DNA of 64,000 nucleotides from a virus (Duplodnaviria; Caudoviricetes): IMG/VR virus record IMGVR_UViG_3300032308_001420, positions 1 to 64,000 of that record; one strand, 5' to 3'. Shown piece by piece: positions 28,407 to 37,400 of this stretch (position 1 is its first letter; each line of letters starts with the position of its first letter). The notes under the pieces were generated by a model. It saw only the letters and a program-made list of their open reading frames with translations, ran no database searches and was not told where the DNA came from. The position numbers and the translations under genes were made by a program.

Positions 28407-31400
28407 TAGTTTCTTCTTCCCACTCCAGTCATTGCTGCTCTCATTACATTCTTTTGATCAAGCATGTCTACAACCATTGTTGCAATCATTTTTTCATCTT
28501 GTCCTGGTTGTGCATTCACAACAAATCCACCAACATCATAGTGGTGAACTGCTCCACCTTTATTATATCCTGGAATTTGATTTTTGCCAAGGGATACTGT
28601 ATTTGTAGGAATATTGTATCTTGGTCCTACTGCTCCACCCATTGCATAAGCTGGAACACTCATATTAGAATAACTAGATGGATTTACATACCCACCTCTT
28701 GCAAAACCAAGACCCAGCTCTTCCAATATAGTTCCCTTTGGCTTATTAAGTGCAATCCACTTTGCCGTGTCTATTGAAATATCGCCAGTTTGACCAGCAT
28801 TAATTCTTGGCATAATTGATCCAGTCATGCCAGATTTATTCATAAGAGGTCCTAGATTTTCTCCAGCTCCCATAAATCCTTCTTTGCTAAGCAAGCTCCA
28901 TAAACCATAATTTTGTCTCTTTAAATCTTTTGAAAAATCCAAATACTTACCGAAAGGTATTTTTGTTATCTTATTAACAGAGCCATATGACTCTCCCCAT
29001 TGCCCAGGAACATTATATCCGCCAGCATATAAATCAGCTTCTGCCTTTGAGCTTGTTCCATAGAATCCCATTCCATAATAAGGATCACGAGCATAATCTC
29101 CAGATAAATCTGTGACTCCACTAAATGGTCCATCAGAGTTTTGTCCTAGGTCGGCAGACCCATGGAACATTCCCTTCTTAACCATTTTCTTAGCTTTAAA
29201 ATAATTCATATATTGATTAAATAAATTAATTGGCTTATATGCCAGATCTTTGCTCTTTGATAAAATTCCAGCAAGCTTACCTATTAGGCCCCCGCCTGCA
29301 TATTTACGAACTGGTCCGCCCATCGCATAATCTGATGTGTCTCCATAGTTAGTTTTTTTATACCAATCTGCGTCTGCAGAAATTTTAGGAATATCTTCAT
29401 CCCATCCTACTATTTTTTTAGAAGACAATCTACTCTCAATTGCTGTTTTAACATTTTCTATATATTGCTTATACAGCTTTATTGGCATTGAATCTGCTGA
29501 GTAACCAGATGCGCTTAACATTTCTATTAAATCGCTATCTTTTATACCAGACAATGTTGACTGTGCTCTCTGAAGACCCTCTAAATATGCATCTCTTTCA
29601 GATTCTGGTAAGTATGAAAGCCCTTGATAGTATCTATTTTTTAGCCTATCAATAGATTTTTGTTGATCTCCAAATATATCTAATGAATGCTTGGAGTCTC
29701 CAATTCTGCCAAAATCAATAGCGCCAGCTTTTTTACCTATTGGATTTATAATTAAATTTCCGCCATGTGCATCTGAGTATCCAAGTGCATCTAATATTGC
29801 ATTTCTATAAGATCTTTCAGAAGTCATTCCAAGAGCAGCAAATGTTCTTGTGGGCAATGCGCTGACATTTTCTAGTGGCTTAAATGCACTCCAAAACATT
29901 GGATCTTTTGATAGCTTTTCAACTATAATCTTTTCTGTAATAGAACCCTTAGATATCTCATCTACTGATTTGCTAAATATTCCAAGGTTGTGTGGGAAGG
30001 AATAAGGTGTTTTGTAGGGCTTTATTACTGGAGCAACCAGGCCAGCCTTGCCTGCAAAAATAGAGCCAAATATTTCTCGTCTTACTTCATCTGGAGTTAT
30101 TTCGTTTAAAGACTTAAGATATCCAGTATCGCCAGACTTTATATGCTCTACAAGCTGTGTAATATTTAATGATGCTGGAACATTGGATTCTAGTGTTTTA
30201 AATTCTGTATAGTCAAGTAATTCTGGAAACTTTATTACATCATTTATATCTTTTGTTGTTTTACCCATTTTAATTTTAATGGGAGATGAAGCAGCTGCAG
30301 ATGCTGCTTTGCTTATTCCACCTATTTTACTTCCTAAACCCGCTCCCATAAAATTGAGTGGCAGCATTGCTGCAGATAGTGAATCGCCTTTTCTGCCTTG
30401 TCCAGCAATTTTTCTTAGTAGTGCTGCTGTTCCAAATGTTTCTGCACCTGGCATTCCGCTAAGGCTAGATACATATCTTTGGAACCAATTTTGTTTTTTA
30501 GCTGGGCTAGAAGAACCAAATGATGACATTCCCATTGCATGTGGAGCAGAACTTACCATGCCACCATCTGCAAAACCAAATGGCCAAACATTTTTTACTA
30601 GTTTTAATGTTTTTGGTGCGTCACCAAACATCTGTCCATATACTTTTGCTGGTAAAGAGTAAATTTCAGGTAATGATTCTAATAAATCTTTGCCACTTAA
30701 TAACTGTGGAAACTCCATGCTTCCCTGTGCCTTGCTATTTCTTACAGCACCTTCACCTAAGAAATTTGTAAGCTGGGATATTTTTTTATCAATTCCAAAC
30801 ATTGGCAATTCTTCGCCAAGTTTTGCTGATCCTATCATTGCGCTATATAAAGCGGCTATATGTGGATTAGTAGAAAAATAAGTTGAAAGATCTCTTTCTC
30901 CAGTTCTCCAAGCGCTACCTGCGGTGTTTCTTACACCCTTAAATAATTTAATAACGTCATCTGGAAGCAAGTCATAAAATTCTTTTGCATAGTATTCATT
31001 AAATTTTCCTACATCAGAAAAATCAATTTTTGGATATTTAGCCTTTAGTAATGCTTCTCTTTGCGCCTGGACAAGTTCCCAAGCACCAGCACCTGCTTTG
31101 CTTAGACTTCCTTCCTGTATCCATCCTTTGAGCGCTTCCTTTGCTGAGCTTGGGCTAAAGGTAATTCCAGTTTCTGGAATTTTGATTGAAGATGGATCTA
31201 ACTTTGATAAATCTTGTACAGCCTTGGCATCAATGTCTGCCATACCGAAGGATTTCATTTCAGGGGTAAGTTTTGATATAGCTCCTGGTACCTTTGCTGC
31301 GCCCCGTCCAACTCCTCCAAGTGGCAGTAGTGCTGCAGATAAGTAGTCTAATTTATTTCCAGTTCCAGAAAATACATTTGCAACTTCTTTTCCGCCTAAG

Positions 31401-34400
31401 AAATCATAACCAAGACTATGCTTACCAAATTTAAATGGGTCCATAGTTTTTAAAAATTTATGCATAAACTTTGATAATAATGATTGTTTGCTAGCCAATC
31501 CGCCATTTGCAAGTCTGCTTGGTCCGTAGTCAGACAGAGGATTTATAACTCTTCCTCCGCCTGCAAACATCAGTGGACCTAGTCCGTAGGCACCGCTTCC
31601 AATGCCTCCCATAGAGGCTCCAGAGCCTGCCATACGCATAGGATCTCTATCTATACCCATTCCTGGGCTTGTAAATGGTTTACGTGGCTGCTCAGCCATC
31701 TGATGCATGTAGTCTGAATGCTGTGGAACATTTCCACTAAACTTAAGTCCTGGAATTTCTGTTCCGCCCCATATGTCCATACCTGGACTACGTGGCCCAA
31801 TAAACCTAGAAAGTTCTCCCCAGTATTGTCCAAAAGGATTTCCTATAGGCTTTCCAGATCTTGAATAAGGAACACCTGGCTTCTTTTGTCTTGGTACAGT
31901 TAGAGGTCCCTTTATCCAATTTCCAGAATCATCAAAAGAACTTGTAACCTTTCCACCTTGTGCAAATTTCTTTATATTAACCTTTGTGCCTGCAAAAATT
32001 CTTGATCCGCCCATATATTTTGGATCATTTAATTGTGGATTCATTTCCATTAATTGCTTGACGCTAATGCCATACTTTGCAGCAATTGCAGATAATGTAT
32101 CTCCTCTGCCTACTGTGTATCTATCATTTTCATAATCTGACTTAGCATCATCTGCGCTGTAATATTCTGGTGTGCCATATCCATATTTAATAGTATCTAC
32201 TGGCTTATATGAAGGTCTTCCGAATCCTACAATTGGAGCATTCTTCATATTGTATTGTCTTACTTTTGCAAGTACTCCGCCGCCGCTTCTTTGACTTCCA
32301 GAGCCAGATGTATTTCCTTCTATAGTTGAAACTGCATTCTTACTTAAAACTTTTCTTACTAGTCCTACGTGAGAAATTCTATTGACGCCATCTCCTGGGA
32401 AATCCATAAAGGCTAGATCTCCACGAACTGGACTCATTGTTGTCCACTTCCCACTCTTCATAAATGATTGAGCTCCACCAGGAGTCCATATCATACTTGA
32501 TAAATCTACTCCAGATTTCTTTGCCGCCCAATTTATAAATGCACCACACCATGCAATATATCTAGTTTGTAGATCATATGCCTTCTGTGCAAATCTTCCA
32601 AATATTGTGTCGTTGCCTCTTCCTTCTTTATAGCCCAACATAGACTCTGCTGTTTTAATCATTGAGTCTGCTGTGCCCATCTTAGTTACCTTGCCGCCAT
32701 TAGCAAATCTGCCAGCGTTTAGGTTATCAAGGAAATCTGGGCCAAGGTCTCTACTTGCCTTCTCAACTGAAGAAGCTTTAATTACATATTCACCATCTGA
32801 AAGATATGCTGGGATAGAATCAGATGTTGAAGTTCCTGGACCCATTACGTCTCCGCCTGGAGCGTAGTGTTTTACAGCCCCACCTTGTGCAAAAGTAAAG
32901 TTACTTCCTGGGTTGTCGTATCCTGGGTTATACCATCTTCCAACAAGTTTATTATTTTTTAAAACATCGCCATTCTTTTTATATAAATATCCACCCTGAT
33001 TTACATCTTTAATTGGCCCCAACATTTCTAAACTTTGTCCGCCTCCATATGTTGGATGCACAAATGATTGATTTGATCCAGCAGGTCCACCTACTGGAAC
33101 TGGCATAACACGAGCTTGCTCTCTTGTGTACTTAACTCCAGTTGAACGATTTTGAAATCCTCCAGTAGCGGGATCAAAAGATAATTTAGTTCCTGATGTT
33201 GGCGTAGGAGTTCCAGATAATATTTTCTTTAATAATCCCAAAACTTCTGTATCTGATGTTTTAAGTTCTCCCTTTTCGTTGTAAATTGCTTTACCAAATG
33301 CTGACTTAGCTATTTCCTCTATGCCACTTGGATTTGGAACAAATCTGCTTCCTACATAGCTACCGCCGCCACCAGATAAAGATCTTGCTATGTCTTTATA
33401 TCCAGCTTTTTCTAAATCAGATATAAGCAGATTAAGTCTATCTTTCTCTGTTGGACTTAATTCACCATCTGTTGCAGAAGTTGTTAGTGCAAGAAGCTCT
33501 GTGAGTAAGGAGCTAAGATTTTCAACTTTTGCGTTTGCTGCATCAGCTGTCTTTTTTGCTGAATCTACTTTATTCTGAAGTCCATCAATTCTTGCATTAA
33601 GTGCATCAATTAATGATTGTTCTTTTGAAATATCCTCTTCTGCCTTTAAATCAATAGCTCTCTTTGCTAAAGCAACTTGTTGAGACCCAACTAATTGTTG
33701 AATTGCAATTTGTGCTTGTGCTGCACCAGACATATCTCCAGCAGCTAATTTATCTTGATACTCAAGCTGCTTTGCCTTAATTCTAAGATTAATGTCTTCA
33801 TCTGCATTTTCTTCATCTAAAGCTTTCTTTCTTGCGTCCGCTTCTTCTTTTATTTTTTGAATCTTTTTATTATGTAATTCAATTTCTTTACGAAGAGCCT
33901 TAGCTGAAAGTTCTGCGTTTTGAATAATTTGTTCTGCATTTGTTTTTGAAACCTTTGCCATATCCTTTACAATTTGTGAATATGGACCAGATTTTAATGC
34001 TTCTCTTTGTTTTTCAATTATTATAGAAAGAGCTTCAGCGGCTGCTGGCCCCATATTTACAAAATCTAAAGCTATTCCAGATGTAGAAAGTCTAACTTTT
34101 GCCATAATGCTTGCCAAAGTATCTGTTGTGTTTAGAAGCCTGTTCATCTCCGCATTTTGCTTTACTATAGCATTGACACCCTCAATTCCAATTGCTACAT
34201 TTCCACTAGATGTTGCCTTTATCTGCTTTAATATTTCCTGATAAGATTCTGAAGAAGTTATGAGTTTGCCATTTTTATCTTTTGTATTCTCAATTGAATC
34301 TGCTAAATTATTATAAGCATTTAATGCGGTATCCAAGGACTTGCTTAGCTGGTCTGTATTTCCATTTTTAATTACATTATTAAATGTTTCCAGGGTAGAC

Positions 34401-37400
34401 TTTGCAGCAGAAGCTTTATCTGTAATAGTTCCAAAACCTTTATCTCCTAATACTGACAAAGCCTGGGCTGATTTATTTGAAATTGAAATTAATGCATATA
34501 TTAATTCATTTGCATTTTCTACAGACATCCCGCTTGATACAAACATGGCTTTTAGTTGAGTTGCTTTCTGTGCCAGCTCTTGCTCAGATGCTACATTTAG
34601 CATTTTAAGTTCTGTTGGTAACTGTTCCTTAGCTTGCTTTTTTAGTTCATCAAATTCTTTTACAGTTATATCTATTCCTTGACCAGGAGCTTTTGTTGTA
34701 GTATATTTAAATGCTGCCGCCGCTGCATTTCTTAATTCAATTTCCTTTTTGTTTTTTTCTATAGATGAAGTTAAAGTTTTATAGTTAAGATTTAGCTTTT
34801 TTACAGTTTCTTCTTCTAGGCCAAAGGCGGAGTCAATTATTCTTCGTCTCTCATTAATTTTGTCATTAATGGTTTTTATTGCAACTCCTACACCAAGCAA
34901 GACAGCTATTAATTTGACTGGCCCAGGCATTTTTGTAAAAAGTTGAAATGCTTTTGTTAATAAAGTTGTTTGAGTTCTTGCTGTTCCTGCAGCCCTAGAC
35001 ATAAGGAACATGTCTGTTGCCATTTGACCAACCATGTATCCGCCCATTTGCCCAATACCGCCAAACATTCTGCCGCCAACTTGACTTAATCCAAATCCAG
35101 CAGCCTGTCCTAGAAGCATTGACTTCATGTATCCAGATGCTCCAATTCTTGGCTGAACAATTCTTTGTTCGTTTTCTTCCGCAAAGTATTGAACCCCAGG
35201 AACTACCCCGCCCTTTGAGAATCCAGGAATAATTCCACCAGACATTTTTGGAACAAATATTTCTGGACCATTCTCTCCAACTAAATACGGTCTACCACCA
35301 GTAACTGGTCCTCCGCCTGCACGAGCACCGTCAACAACTGTCTCTAATTGTATTTTGCCATTTCCTGCATCAACAATTCTAAACTTACCGCCAAAGATTG
35401 CCTCTTGTTCTGACCTTGAATTATGTCCAGCTACCTTTTGTCCAAATGGTGCTGAGAATTTTGCATCTGGGAAAATCTCTGATGATGGAACAACATTTCT
35501 ATTTCTTACAATTGCTTCTAATAGAATAGCTTTTTGGTCTCCTGGAGCAGAATGGCCAGGAGCAAATAAACTTGCTATGTCCCTATTTTGACTCCACGAT
35601 GAGCGGCGCATTATAAATTCTCTTCCAATTAAAGGAGTATAGTCTCCAGTTAATTTTGCCTGAGATATTAAATCTAATATATCTGCTGGCAGCGGATTTG
35701 ATTTATTATTCTTTAAAAATATTCCTCTGTATAGTCTTCCAGTATATTTTCTTGATAAAGTTTTTACTGCTTCTGTAGCGCCTGGAGTTTGCAAAATGCC
35801 ATAGTTTCCAGCCATGTATTGACGCAATATATATTTGCCACGATCCTCTAAATTACCAATTGGGAACTGAGGAAGTACTGCTTGTCTTGCAAATCTATCG
35901 TCACGATATAAAATTTCACGAGTCCACTCAGGCTCATTTTGCATATTTTTTGGAACCATTGTTGTTCCAATTTGTAATGGCCCGTGAAGTGGATCTTGGT
36001 TTCCTAGTGTATATTGATATCCTGGTTGTCTAAACTGCTGTTGTGGTTTCCATTTTCCAGTTAATTTATCAAGCTTTGACTTAGATAAAGACTTTACTAT
36101 TCTTCCAACCATGTTGGTTCCAAAGTTTTGTATGATTCCGCCCATATTTTTTCTTTGTATTCTAGCTACTTTATTTTCTTTTAGGGCAACATAATCTCGT
36201 TCGTATAATGCGGTTGGATTGTATTGAGTTAAAACTCTTTCTATTTCTGGAATTACATCTTTTGTAAAAGTAAACTCTGCGCCAAGCTCTGGTCTATCTC
36301 CTATAGTTGGAAGTTGATCTACTGAGACACCACGTCTTTGTGCTTCGTTTTCAAATCTTGTTCTTATTGCTGAATCTATTGCTTCTTCAGCTTCATCCCA
36401 TTGAGAAAGAGGAATTTTTGCAGCTCTTAATTGATTTCTATATTTGTTTACTCCTGCTACCTTAACAAGGTCTCTTCTTAAAAAGTCGGATGGTCTAAGG
36501 TTATTTTGGTTTGCTGATAAATTAGTTGCCGCTGTATAATCTACAATATAGTTGCTTACTAATACTTTTCCATCTCCTAGTTTTTTACTTACTGTAAGAT
36601 GCGTACCATGTCTTGGCTCTGCATATGGAAGTGCATCTAGTCCATTTTCTACAAACCTTGAATTTAATTCGCTAACATTTTTTGACTGTAATGTTCTTGA
36701 TGTTTGAGAATGAAGTGCTGGATCTTTTTTAGACCTAGTTAATTTATCTGTAAAGTTTTTAGCTACATCTAAATATTTTTGTTTTAATACAGGATCTGGA
36801 ATATCACCAATTTGAGAAATAAATCCTCTAGCATCTGCCCCTCTTGCTTTTATGCCATGAACAGTTTCTACTACATCTCTATTTCTAGTTGTAGAAAGAC
36901 CTTTAACAATTCTATTAGGCATCATTCTGCCAAAGAATTGCATACCCTCTATCATTCCGCCTTTATTTTTATTTTGAATTGGAACTATTACCGCTTTACC
37001 CTTATTGTATAGATGAAGTCCTTCTGGGTCACGAGCTGTTTGTTCTTTAGTTACAACAAATTCTCCTGGAGTAAGCATTGCTGGAACGGTATCTGTATTT
37101 CCTTGACCAGGTACAAATCTACCTTGTTCGGTAGTAAATACCTGTCCGCCCATGTTTAATCTTTTTGGTCTAGTTGTTTCTGTTGAATATGGTGCGCCAA
37201 ATGTTTTAACTCTAAGCGCTTCAGCAATTCTTGTAATAAGGTTTCTGTTTCTTGGTCTTGTAAGTTCTTTCATATTTGATTTTCCAGTTACTGGGTCAAA
37301 TGCTGGTTGATCTACAATTGGCAACTGTGTTAAATTAATTGTTCTTCCTTGTGCAGTAGCAACTCCTGTTGCTGCCTGCCCCATCATTGCTTCAATCTGT

